This document shows, piece after piece, positions 9,510 to 19,300 of a DNA stretch of 55,711 nt. The notes below the pieces were generated by a model that did no database searches, was not told the DNA's origin, and saw only the letters and a list, made by a program, of their open reading frames with translations. Within the stretch, counting starts at the first letter, position 1. Each line of letters opens with the position of its first letter. The stretch is from the IMG/VR virus record IMGVR_UViG_3300025759_000119, positions 1-55,711 of that record; one strand, written 5' to 3'. This DNA is from a virus. Lineage: Duplodnaviria > Caudoviricetes. The position numbers and the translations under genes are program-made.

Positions 9510-10138
9510 TGGCGATACCGGCTTCTGGAACCTTATCATTTTCTGACTTGCAGACAGAGTTTACTGGTGTGAACCCTATTTCTTTGAGTGAGTATTATAA
9601 AAGTGGTGGTAACGGATACGTTCCTACCACTGTTTCAGAAGCCGTAACCGCTAGCAATCTTGGTGGCAGCAATTCTCCTAACTATAGATACCCGGCCATC
9701 AGCGGCTACGACCCACAGATAAACACTTTTGGTCGGCTTTACACGCAGGCTTTGTGGGGCGATAACGGTAGTACCATTACTATGGACAGAAACTTCACTG
9801 TCAACAAGACCGGAACTTACCAGTATTATGTTGGTTATTACATACAAGGTAGCGGAACAGCCAATATTACTATGTACGCAAACGGTAGCGTTGTTCGATC
9901 ACATAGCCTAGCTGTGGGGTATAACACCACCACTTCAGCCGTTAACACACTTTCTCTGAGTGCTGGGCAGGTCATACGGTTTACTGGAAGTGCCCCATCT
10001 TCTGGTTGGGCAGTGATCTATGTTTATGTAGGCGGAAGTTCGTACAACAACGCGGCTGTGGATACAGCCGTTAACTCAAGCATCCCTACATCTGGCGCTC
10101 TTAGCTTGTCTGACTATTATGGCGGGAGAAAAACATAA
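9509..10138 (+). CDS. Distal fibre-tip/adhesin protein
   Basis: IPASGTLSFSD N-term echoed by IPTSGALSLSDYYG C-term. Confidence 0.55.
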   Translation: MAIPASGTLSFSDLQTEFTGVNPISLSEYYKSGGNGYVPTTVSEAVTASNLGGSNSPNYRYPAISGYDPQINTFGRLYTQALWGDNGSTITMDRNFTVNKTGTYQYYVGYYIQGSGTANITMYANGSVVRSHSLAVGYNTTTSAVNTLSLSAGQVIRFTGSAPSSGWAVIYVYVGGSSYNNAAVDTAVNSSIPTSGALSLSDYYGGRKT

Positions 10139-12249
10139 TGCCATTAACAAAGCTACAATTTAGACCCGGCGTCAACAGAGAATACACCTCGTATTCAAAC
10201 GAGGGCGGCTGGTTTGATGGGGACAAAATCAGATTTCATCTTGGCTACCCGGAAAAAATTGGCGGCTGGCAGAAGTATAGTGACAATGCTTTTATTGGCA
10301 CTGCTAGGCGGCTCCATAACTGGGTGGCGATAGACGGTTCCAACTTTATGGGTGTTGGCACTACAGTTAAATACTATATCGAAGAGGGCCAAGCTTTCTT
10401 TGACATTACCCCTATCCGCAATACCACTGCGGCTGGTGCTGTAACTTTTTCTGCCACCAATGGATCAACAACAATCACCGTAACAGACATAGCTCACGGC
10501 GCTGTGGCTGGTGACTTTGTTACTTTTAGCGGCGCTGTTAGTCTGGGCGGTTCAATCTCTGCCGTTGTTCTTAACGCTGAGTATCAGATAGACACTATTA
10601 TTGATAGCAATCAATACACAATAACAGTTGTTATTCCAGCAAATGCTTCCGATACAGGTAATGGTGGCGCGAGTGTTGTTGGCAGCTATCAAATTAATAC
10701 AGGTCTAAACACTACTGTGGGTGGCACAGGTTGGGGCGCAGGTCTCTATGGCGGGCGTACTCTTGGTGGCTTGCAAACGATCGTAAATGAGGGCGGCACA
10801 TTCTCCGCAGTAGACACCACGCTTACGGTTCTTAACGCAAGCCCGTTTCCGTCCACTGGTACAATTTTGATTAACCGAGAGTTAATGACATATTCTGGAA
10901 AGTCTGGGAATGACTTGACCGGCCTGACAAGAGGTGTAAACGGAACATCCGCTGTCAGTCACGCAAACGCATCAACCGTGTTTCTGGCTATTGGAAACTC
11001 TGACCCCAACCTAGATTTTACTGGATGGGGTTCCTCTGCTGCTGGTGGTATCATACCGGTATCGGAGCTTCGTCTTTGGTCGCATGATAATTTTGGTGAA
11101 GACCTGATTATTAACCCGCGTGATGGCGGCATTTATTACTGGGACAAAACCAACAGTCTGGCTTCAAGGGCTGTAGAAATTGGAACTTTAGGTGGAGCTT
11201 CCAACACGCCGATCATTGCAAAGCAGGTTTTGGTTTCTGATTTGGATAGACATGTTATAGCCTTTGGCTGTAATGCACAGGGCAGCACAGATCAAGATAA
11301 CTTGCTGATCCGTTTTTCTGATCAAGAATCAATCACCGATTGGACGGCAACTGCGACCAACACAGCGGGTGACTTGCGCCTCGGCTCTGGGTCTACGTTT
11401 GTTCAGGCAGTAGAAACAAAACGTGAGGTTCTGGTTTGGACCGATAAATCACTTCACTCACTGCGTTTTATTGGACCTCCATTTACATTTGGCTTGCAAC
11501 AGCTTGCTTCAAACATCACAATTATAGGGCCAAAAGCCGCCGTGGCTACAGAAGACTTTGTGTTCTGGATGGGTATTGATAACTTCTATGTCTATGCCGG
11601 TCAAACAACTCAGTTGCCTTGCACAGTTAGAGATCATGTTTTTACAGACTTTAACAAAGAGCAGTCAGAAAAAGTTGTGTCTGGTGTAAACTCACAGTGG
11701 GGCGAGGTGATTTGGTTCTACCCGTCATTAAACTCGGACGAGAATGACAGATATGTAATTTACAACTACTTAGAAAAGCTGTGGTATTATGGAACAATGA
11801 GTAGAAGCGCGTGGCTTGATCGTGGTATTCGTCAATACCCTATCGCGGCAGGTGGAAATTATCTTTACAACCACGAGATTGGACAAGATGACGATGGCGC
11901 GGCTATGGAGTCTTACATTGAGTCCAGTCAGATTGACGTTGGCGATGGGGAGCGGTTTACGTTTCTTAGCAGGCTTATACCTGACATCAAGTTCGAGGGT
12001 TCAACAGCAATTAACCCGGCGGTAGACTTCACTGTTAAGACAAGAAACTACCCCGGCGGGAATTACCTGCAAACAGATACAAAGACATCAACTAGAACAA
12101 CAACGGCGCCGGTTGAACAGTTTACAGAAAACCTAAACATTCGCGTTCGTGGTAGGTCTTTCGCGTTTCGCGTTGATTCTGGTGAGACTGGTGTGCGCTG
12201 GAAGCTTGGAACACCTCGTGTAGATCTTCGTCAAGACGGGAGGCGCTAA
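10138..12249 (+). CDS. Tail stabilisation / tail tubular protein B-like
   Basis: 703 aa; PGVNRE, PEKIGGW, IRFSDQE, FWMG motifs typical of podovirus tail nozzle proteins. Confidence 0.65.
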   Translation: MPLTKLQFRPGVNREYTSYSNEGGWFDGDKIRFHLGYPEKIGGWQKYSDNAFIGTARRLHNWVAIDGSNFMGVGTTVKYYIEEGQAFFDITPIRNTTAAGAVTFSATNGSTTITVTDIAHGAVAGDFVTFSGAVSLGGSISAVVLNAEYQIDTIIDSNQYTITVVIPANASDTGNGGASVVGSYQINTGLNTTVGGTGWGAGLYGGRTLGGLQTIVNEGGTFSAVDTTLTVLNASPFPSTGTILINRELMTYSGKSGNDLTGLTRGVNGTSAVSHANASTVFLAIGNSDPNLDFTGWGSSAAGGIIPVSELRLWSHDNFGEDLIINPRDGGIYYWDKTNSLASRAVEIGTLGGASNTPIIAKQVLVSDLDRHVIAFGCNAQGSTDQDNLLIRFSDQESITDWTATATNTAGDLRLGSGSTFVQAVETKREVLVWTDKSLHSLRFIGPPFTFGLQQLASNITIIGPKAAVATEDFVFWMGIDNFYVYAGQTTQLPCTVRDHVFTDFNKEQSEKVVSGVNSQWGEVIWFYPSLNSDENDRYVIYNYLEKLWYYGTMSRSAWLDRGIRQYPIAAGGNYLYNHEIGQDDDGAAMESYIESSQIDVGDGERFTFLSRLIPDIKFEGSTAINPAVDFTVKTRNYPGGNYLQTDTKTSTRTTTAPVEQFTENLNIRVRGRSFAFRVDSGETGVRWKLGTPRVDLRQDGRR

Positions 12250-12479
12250 TGTCATCTCGTGCGCTACCGCCGCCAAGACTCCCCGAAGCTCCACAAGAAT
12301 ACACTAGGGCTTATATGGAGGATTTAATAAGAGCTTTGGATAGCTATATTCAACAAGAACGTAATCCGGGCGACATGAGGGGGACAACCCTTACCTTAAC
12401 GCAACTACCTACAAGTGCCGCTGGACTTGAGACAGGAGCACTGTATAATAATGCTGGTACAGTAAAGATTGTGACATAA
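12249..12479 (+). CDS. Small virion protein
   Basis: TAATG coupling; LPTSAAGLETGALYN motif. Confidence 0.6.
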   Translation: MSSRALPPPRLPEAPQEYTRAYMEDLIRALDSYIQQERNPGDMRGTTLTLTQLPTSAAGLETGALYNNAGTVKIVT

Positions 12480-12480
12480 T

Positions 12481-13422
12481 ATGGCTATTTTTGGTGATCT
12501 CGGAAAAGCATTAGGACTCGGCAGCGCTGAAGATATTTTTGGCGAAGGCGACCTCCTACCTATTTTGGCTACGGCGGCTGGGTTTTATTTTGCTCCCGCA
12601 ATGGGTTTGTCGGCTGCTGCCGGCGCTGCCGGTGGCGCTGGCCTTGGTAGTTTAGCCGCAGGTAAGTCTGTGAACGATGCTTTAAAAAATGCTGCAATGG
12701 CGTATGGCGTTGGATCTTTCATGTCTCCTTCAATGACACAAGGCTTACAAATGGGTGGCGGCGCTGGATCTCCACCTAGCTACCTACAAAACCAAATTTA
12801 CGGAGGCGCGGGTCAAGTACCTACTCAGGTAGCGGGGGATTTGAGCGAAGGCATGGTGACAGGTGGTGGGTCTAACGCTGGATCTAGCGGCGGCTTGCTT
12901 GACTTTATGGGTGAAAATCCGCTTTTAACCGCTTCTTTAGCTTCTTCAGGGCTAAGTCTTTTAGCAGGGCAACCGGATGATCCCGGCAGGCCACAACGCC
13001 CATATGCTGACGTAACTGGATTTGATATTAATGTTGTAGACCCAGAAACAGGGGAAGTTCTTAATCTCAAAGACCCGGATGATGCACAACGCTATCGTGA
13101 GGCAATGACTGAAGAGCGTCAGAACCTTTATAGCAATGATATGTACCAACGTATCCCCGGTTATGCACATGGTGGTGCAATGGTTGATCACCCCGATGCA
13201 CATGGAGCTATGTACCAACACAAAAAAATGGGGTATGATGTAGCTGTAAGAGGCGAAGTTGATGGACCGGGAACCGGGACATCCGATTCTGTCCCTGCCC
13301 GTTTATCCGACGGTGAGTTCGTACTAACGGCGCAAGCAGTTCGCGGCGCTGGTGGTGGAGACAGGGATGTCGGAGCCGCCCGGTTATATGATATGATGGC
13401 GGAATTGGAGGCCACAGCGTAA
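12481..13422 (+). CDS. Putative internal virion/ejection protein
   Basis: Gly/Ala-rich hydrophobic N-term; GPGTGTSDSVPARLSDGEFV motif. Confidence 0.55.
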   Translation: MAIFGDLGKALGLGSAEDIFGEGDLLPILATAAGFYFAPAMGLSAAAGAAGGAGLGSLAAGKSVNDALKNAAMAYGVGSFMSPSMTQGLQMGGGAGSPPSYLQNQIYGGAGQVPTQVAGDLSEGMVTGGGSNAGSSGGLLDFMGENPLLTASLASSGLSLLAGQPDDPGRPQRPYADVTGFDINVVDPETGEVLNLKDPDDAQRYREAMTEERQNLYSNDMYQRIPGYAHGGAMVDHPDAHGAMYQHKKMGYDVAVRGEVDGPGTGTSDSVPARLSDGEFVLTAQAVRGAGGGDRDVGAARLYDMMAELEATA

Positions 13423-14588
13423 TGCCTACACAAACACAAGAAATCACCCAGCGTCTTCCCGCGTTTCAGGAAGAGTATTTACAGAATATTTTTGAGTCTA
13501 CTCAAAATTTATTCAAGCCTGTGTCTGAAGGTGGGCAGGGTCTTACAATGCCCTATGCTCCGGGTACGGTTGTTGATCTTAGCCAAGGGCAGCAGCAGGC
13601 AATTAATGCAGCTATGCAGGGCGTTGGCTCCTACCAGCCATACTTGCAGCAGGGCGAGCAAGCAATGGGGATTGGTCTTGGCGCAGTTGGTACTGGTCTT
13701 GGCGCAGTTAGTACCGGTGTTGACACTATGGGCACTGGGCTTAGTACGGTTCAGCATGGCACCGGCAGTGTACAACAGGGTATAACACAAGCAGATATAG
13801 CCGCTCAAATGCTCGGCGGGGCAACTTATAGCCCGACTGATTATCAGGCATTCATGGATCCATACATGGATGACGTCATTCAACAACAATATAAAGACAT
13901 TGCACGGCAAGGACAGATTCAAGAACAGAACTTAGGGGCGCAGGCCGTTGGTTCAGGAGCCTTTGGCGGCGCACGGCAGGGCGTAGCGCAGGCAGAAATT
14001 GGCCGCAATGTCATGGAACAGCAGGCACGAACTGGGTCACAGCTTCGCTCCGCTGGATTTGCACAGGCGCAGCAAGCAGCACAACAAGCAGCACAACAAA
14101 AGCTTCAGCAAGCGGGGCAGGCCGGCACATTGGCTGGTCAATATGGTGCGCTCGGCGGTCAGATCGGCGCGCTTGGTTCACAGATCGGTCAGATCGGCGC
14201 AGCTACCGGGCAACTCGGTGCCACCGCAGGCGCACTTGGCGGGCAGGCAGGTCAGATAGGACAGGGTATCGCGGGCCTAGGTCAGATGGGTCAGCAAATG
14301 AACATCCAAGACATTAATGCATTGTTGTCAACGGGGGGTCTATCACAGCAGCAAGCTCAGAATATAGCAAATATGCAGCAGCAGAATCTTATGGCGCAGC
14401 AGAATCTTCCTTTCCAGCAACTGGGTTATATGTCAGATATCTTCCAAGGTGTTCCAGCATTGACACAGACAACAGGTCTTACAACAACACCTCCGCCAAG
14501 CACATCTTCTCAGCTTATGGGTCTTGGCATTGCTGGTCTTGGCGCCTATGGTCAGATGAATCAAGGTCGGGGGTTCCCGGGACAATAA
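13422..14588 (+). CDS. Putative DNA ejection/pilot protein
   Basis: Gln/Gly-rich; FMDPY, GAFGGARQGV; two heptad repeat blocks. Confidence 0.55.
   Translation: MPTQTQEITQRLPAFQEEYLQNIFESTQNLFKPVSEGGQGLTMPYAPGTVVDLSQGQQQAINAAMQGVGSYQPYLQQGEQAMGIGLGAVGTGLGAVSTGVDTMGTGLSTVQHGTGSVQQGITQADIAAQMLGGATYSPTDYQAFMDPYMDDVIQQQYKDIARQGQIQEQNLGAQAVGSGAFGGARQGVAQAEIGRNVMEQQARTGSQLRSAGFAQAQQAAQQAAQQKLQQAGQAGTLAGQYGALGGQIGALGSQIGQIGAATGQLGATAGALGGQAGQIGQGIAGLGQMGQQMNIQDINALLSTGGLSQQQAQNIANMQQQNLMAQQNLPFQQLGYMSDIFQGVPALTQTTGLTTTPPPSTSSQLMGLGIAGLGAYGQMNQGRGFPGQ
13673..13756 (+). repeat. 21-bp degenerate tandem repeat (heptad-coding)
   Basis: tggtcttggcgcagttggtac / tggtcttggcgcagttagtac / cggtgttgacactatgggcac / tgggcttagtacggttcagca. 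Confidence 0.7.
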
Positions 14589-14599
14589 GGAAATAGATA

Positions 14600-16351
14600 A
14601 TGGCAAGACCACCACTTAATCGTCCAATGTTTCGTGTACCGGGGATGTCCCGTCAGCCTCAAGGTATTCTTGCGTCTGGTCCACAGATCATGAATGCTGC
14701 TATGCGGTCCACGGACCAAAATCCATATACGCAGGTATCTACTGATCCTGTTGTTCAAGTACCCCGCACAAGATCAAGAGAAACGGTGAAAGAAAACTTT
14801 AAAAACTTTACAGACATCTTTAATCCTATTGGGGAAGCATTAGCCGCAGGCTCTGGGGTAGGTAGGGATATAGTAGAAAGAAGACGAATGGAAAGAGCCC
14901 AGCTTGCGGCTGATGAAATGGTGGAAAAAACTCTTGCGATGCAGGACGCAGACCCGACTGACCCGGATGAAAGCATGTATGGTTCTGACTATGAGTACGA
15001 TGCTAAAGTGTATGGCCCTGCTCGTTATGATGGCATGAACCCGGATGAAAGCATGTACTCTAGTGGTGATGCCGGAACGCCTTTTGATCTAGGAGCCGCA
15101 ATTAACGAAACCAATAAAAAGGTTATAGATAAAAAACCTACAGATAATAAATCAAAAGTAGAAGACATGATGTCTATGCAGGTAGACGCTGCGGCCAAAC
15201 TTCGAAGAAACCTACAAAATATTTACAAGGGTGTAGATTTTGATAAAAACGTGACAGAAGCGTCACAAAATCTTACAACACGGATTTCTGATCTTCAGGA
15301 AACGATGAACAAAAAGAACGAGGAACTTACCCTTGCCGACATTGATGCAGATTTTGAAAATCTTATGGGCTATAAACCCGGTGACATTAAGACCGAAGCA
15401 GAGCAAGAGCGTAAAACTTCTTTCTGGCTTGGCTTGATGAAAGCGGGCTTGGCTATTGCTGCGGGTGAAAGTCCAAACGCTCTTACTAATATTGCAAAAG
15501 GCTTGTCTTTTGGTCTTGATCAGTATGGTAAAGACATGCAGCGCATTTCAAGTCAAGAGCGGCAAGATCTAAAAGAGCAGGCGTCCTTAAGATACAGTCT
15601 TCTTAAAGACAAAAAATCTGAGCAAATTGCTCAACGCGCATTGGATGTGCAATATAAGTCTGCGCTTTATTCAATAGCTCAAGAACAAGACAAGAGAGCA
15701 AGGGAAGACAAAAAACAATTTGTAGACACACAATTTGCTTTAGGTAAGTTAGACATTGCACTTTATCAAACAGCTAACGAATTGGGCTTAAAACTTGGTG
15801 ATCAAAAAATCTCTCAAGAGAAACTAAATCTAATGTCTTCCGAGCTAGAGTTAAAATATACTTTAGATCCAAAACTGGCTGCCTCAGCATACGCGGCAGG
15901 CGGCTTGATTCCTCGTGTAGAAGGTCAGGAAATTGTTATCACTGATCCAACAACTTGGCAGCTAAACCCAGAATGGGTGGATATTGCTAAAAGAGCATTC
16001 TTGGATAGCTCCCCCACGAGATCCACCGCTGCTGATAAGGAAGCAAGCGCGGCAGGAAGAAGACTTGTAGTTAAAGGAGTTCAGTATCCTACAGCGGAAG
16101 CAGCAGAAGACGCGCAAAGAGCCGGCGCTCTTAGTTTTACAGGTGTCACAAATATATATGACAGAGCAATGATGCAGCTAGATGAAGCTCAACGCATGAA
16201 AGGAAAGTTAATAGACACCAACGCGATAGAGATACTTCGTGACGAAGCTACGAAAAACCCAGATTCAGCATTAGCTAAAAGGCTTGAAAAGGCTGGTATT
16301 AAACTCGATTCAGATGTTTTTGACTTTACTGAAATAGTAGACGTCAACTAG
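14600..16351 (+). CDS. Putative ejection protein (helical)
   Basis: 583 aa; LMKAGLAIAAGESPNALTNIAKG motif; position among ejection-like genes. Confidence 0.5.
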   Translation: MARPPLNRPMFRVPGMSRQPQGILASGPQIMNAAMRSTDQNPYTQVSTDPVVQVPRTRSRETVKENFKNFTDIFNPIGEALAAGSGVGRDIVERRRMERAQLAADEMVEKTLAMQDADPTDPDESMYGSDYEYDAKVYGPARYDGMNPDESMYSSGDAGTPFDLGAAINETNKKVIDKKPTDNKSKVEDMMSMQVDAAAKLRRNLQNIYKGVDFDKNVTEASQNLTTRISDLQETMNKKNEELTLADIDADFENLMGYKPGDIKTEAEQERKTSFWLGLMKAGLAIAAGESPNALTNIAKGLSFGLDQYGKDMQRISSQERQDLKEQASLRYSLLKDKKSEQIAQRALDVQYKSALYSIAQEQDKRAREDKKQFVDTQFALGKLDIALYQTANELGLKLGDQKISQEKLNLMSSELELKYTLDPKLAASAYAAGGLIPRVEGQEIVITDPTTWQLNPEWVDIAKRAFLDSSPTRSTAADKEASAAGRRLVVKGVQYPTAEAAEDAQRAGALSFTGVTNIYDRAMMQLDEAQRMKGKLIDTNAIEILRDEATKNPDSALAKRLEKAGIKLDSDVFDFTEIVDVN

Positions 16352-16365
16352 AAATACGGTGATTC

Positions 16366-19300
16366 ATGACAAGATATAGATATGAAGGGCAGATATATGA
16401 TTTCGAGCCCGGTCTTACTAACGATGAAGTTAAAGAAAGAATCGCCAATCTTCCGCAGCAGTCTACTGCACCAGTAACTTCAGCTAGGTACGCTTCTGGT
16501 ATAGAAGAAGACGAGGGTTTTTTTCAAGAAGTCGGGGAAGGGGTAGTCTCCGGCTTGTCCCGCATCCCGCAAGGGATCTTAGAGCTTGGCACTATAGCTT
16601 TTGATGCTGCCGCCGACACCAACTACACGGAAGAAGTCACTAAGTTTTTTGATGAAACAAGAGAAGATTTAGGTATTGATCCTACTGGTTTGGCCGGAGG
16701 AATATCAGAAGGGCTTGCTCAGTTTCTTGTCCCGGGTCTTGGGGCTGCAAGTGCTGTCTCAAGGGTGTCATCAATAGGAAAAATGGCTCGTGGACTTCGC
16801 TCTGCTAAAACTGGGCGAAAAGCATCATCCGCTCGTCTAGCTGCTGCGGAGCGTAAGTATGGTAGTACAAGTCTTAGCACTAGCCAAAAAGTGAACTTGA
16901 CACTGCAGGAAGCAGGCGCTGCAACTGCTGCTGATTTTCTCGTATCTACAGACGGAACACAGTCTATAGGTGACTTTTTTGAACTTGGCGTTACTCAGAC
17001 AAATGAGAAAAAACTTGGGGAGTCAGGAAGAGAAGCCGCTCTTCGTAAATTAATTAACAAAACAAAAGTAGGCGCAGAGTCAGGTCTTTTGACTGTGGGT
17101 TTCCCAATTGCTCTTGGGGCCACTGTAAAAGGCGGGTCAGCCGTTGGCGCATTTAGGCCCATAGAAGCCATAAACGAAACAACCGGGTTGTCTCTTCCCG
17201 GGGCAAGTTTTGCATTAGCGCAAACTGTTACCGGCCCTACAAAAGCAGCCGTTGATTTAATAAAAGGTGCAATTATTCGCGGTGAAGAAAGAATGCTGGA
17301 CCCTCTTCAAGAGGTTGGTGCGTTCGCAGGTATGTTAAACAGAACTTTAGGTACTTTACGGTATCGCGGCTTCTTAGATGCAGAAGTTGCCGATCAGCAG
17401 TCTTTGGTTGGTGCAAAGGTTGAGGGGGAAGTAAAAAGAGCGGACGGTCTTCTTAAAAACATAGAAAAAAACATTGATGAATATCTTAAGCGCCCAGAGG
17501 TTCTTGAGCAAAGCAGCATCACAAAACAAAAAATGCTTAATAATTTTATGGATGTTCTTGAGACAGGGAATCGACCTGACGACCTGCCAGAAGAATTGTT
17601 TAAAGAATATATGAAAGCCAGAAAAGTTATTGATGGCCTGTCCGAAAGATTGCTAGCTACAGGTGCCGTGGCTCGTTTGCCTGAAGAATCAACCAGCAGG
17701 TTTATGGGCCGTGCAGAATTTATCCAGACTGTTAGAAACAACATTCAAACCGGGGGTTATCTGCGTCGCCGTTACCGTGCATTTGAAGATCCTGAAAACT
17801 ACTCAATACCTAGAGGTCTTGCAGACGAGCGGGAAATATTTAATATGCTCCGCACCGGAGGTGCGGAAGGCAGTGAAGGCGACCGTATATTTAAAGACAT
17901 CAAAGAACGTCTTAATATTACAAACTTTCGCGTTACCGAAGAACAAACGCTTGACACATTGACGGACAGGCAGCTTCGCGGTTACGTTGACGCTATCCTT
18001 AATGATGCAAGAAACACAGGACGTGGAAGAATTATGGGGATGAGTTTTCGCTCGTCTATGCGAAAATTAAATCCGCAACTTTTGAACAGGCGAAAAGTAG
18101 ATTTGTCTACAACGAGACGAATCCTTGGCGAAATTAGAGACCCGTTTGAAGCATATGTTGCTACGGTTTCTGATCTGTCAACATTTATAGCTACGGATGA
18201 TTTTTTTACAACATTCCGCAGATTTGTAGATGACGACATAAAAAACGCTAAAAACCGTGAAGGTAGATATAGCGAACTTCGTGCATCTAGAGCAGAAATA
18301 CAAAGTTTAATAAACGCTAGAAGAGAAAATCCGGCTGCTCAGTTAGGCCCGGCTCAAAGCAGATACATAGATACAGAAGAGTATATCAAAAACATTGAGC
18401 AACAAGTAGTTGCAAATGGTGGTGAGTTTACCGACGCATCAAAACAAAAAATCTTAGAAGATCTCAGAGATCAGGGATACTACATCCTTGGCAAAACGGG
18501 ACTTGATGGCAACATATATGACAAAGGGATTAGTGAAAGTGCCTTTGGAGCTATGCACGGGATAGCTATTCCTGAGCCTATGTGGCGGTCAATGTCAAAC
18601 AACATCTTAAATGACGACAACGATTTTACAAAATACTTCTTGCGTCCGGTTTATGGTAGTTTTTTAAAACTCAAGGGCATGACCCAGTATGCAAAGACTA
18701 TTCTTTCTCCCGTCACACAAGTTCGTAACGTAACATCCGCAGCTTTATTTGCTGCTGCTCAAGGCAACTTTGGGAACGGCGCCAATCTTGGGGAGTCCTT
18801 GTCTCTTGTCTTGGGCGATCTTTTTAATATGACCGATGAAAAAGCTCTTGAGTATATGGTTGAACTGCAGCAGCGCGGCGTTATCGGAAGCAGCGCACAG
18901 CTTCGAGAAATTCAAGATACTCTTCGTAAAGGTCTTAATCCACGAACCACTTCCGGAGCGCATATTCTAGATGAAGCTGCCGGGCGGCTTCCCTCTGACA
19001 TAGCCGGGCCTCTTGAAGTCGCTCGCAAAAAAGGTTGGGTGCGCCAAATGCTGGGTAAAGCAGAAGATGCGTATCGTGGCGGTGATGATGTTTGGAAAAT
19101 ATATAACTACGAGTTTGAACACGCTAAAATTAAACAAGCTTATCTAGACGATGTGCAGAATGCCACAAAAGGTTTAACAGATCCGGACGTAATTAAAAAT
19201 GCTAAAGAAGCGGTAGATTCTAGTTACTTAAAGTTTACTAATTCTTCTCCTAGTACATCGCTTGACACCGCATTAAAAGATCTTGCTGCCGACAGAGTTC

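Noticed and set aside
14961-15057. 19-bp duplication encoding PDESMY
   Set aside because: Short intragenic duplication in a low-complexity linker; no further structure
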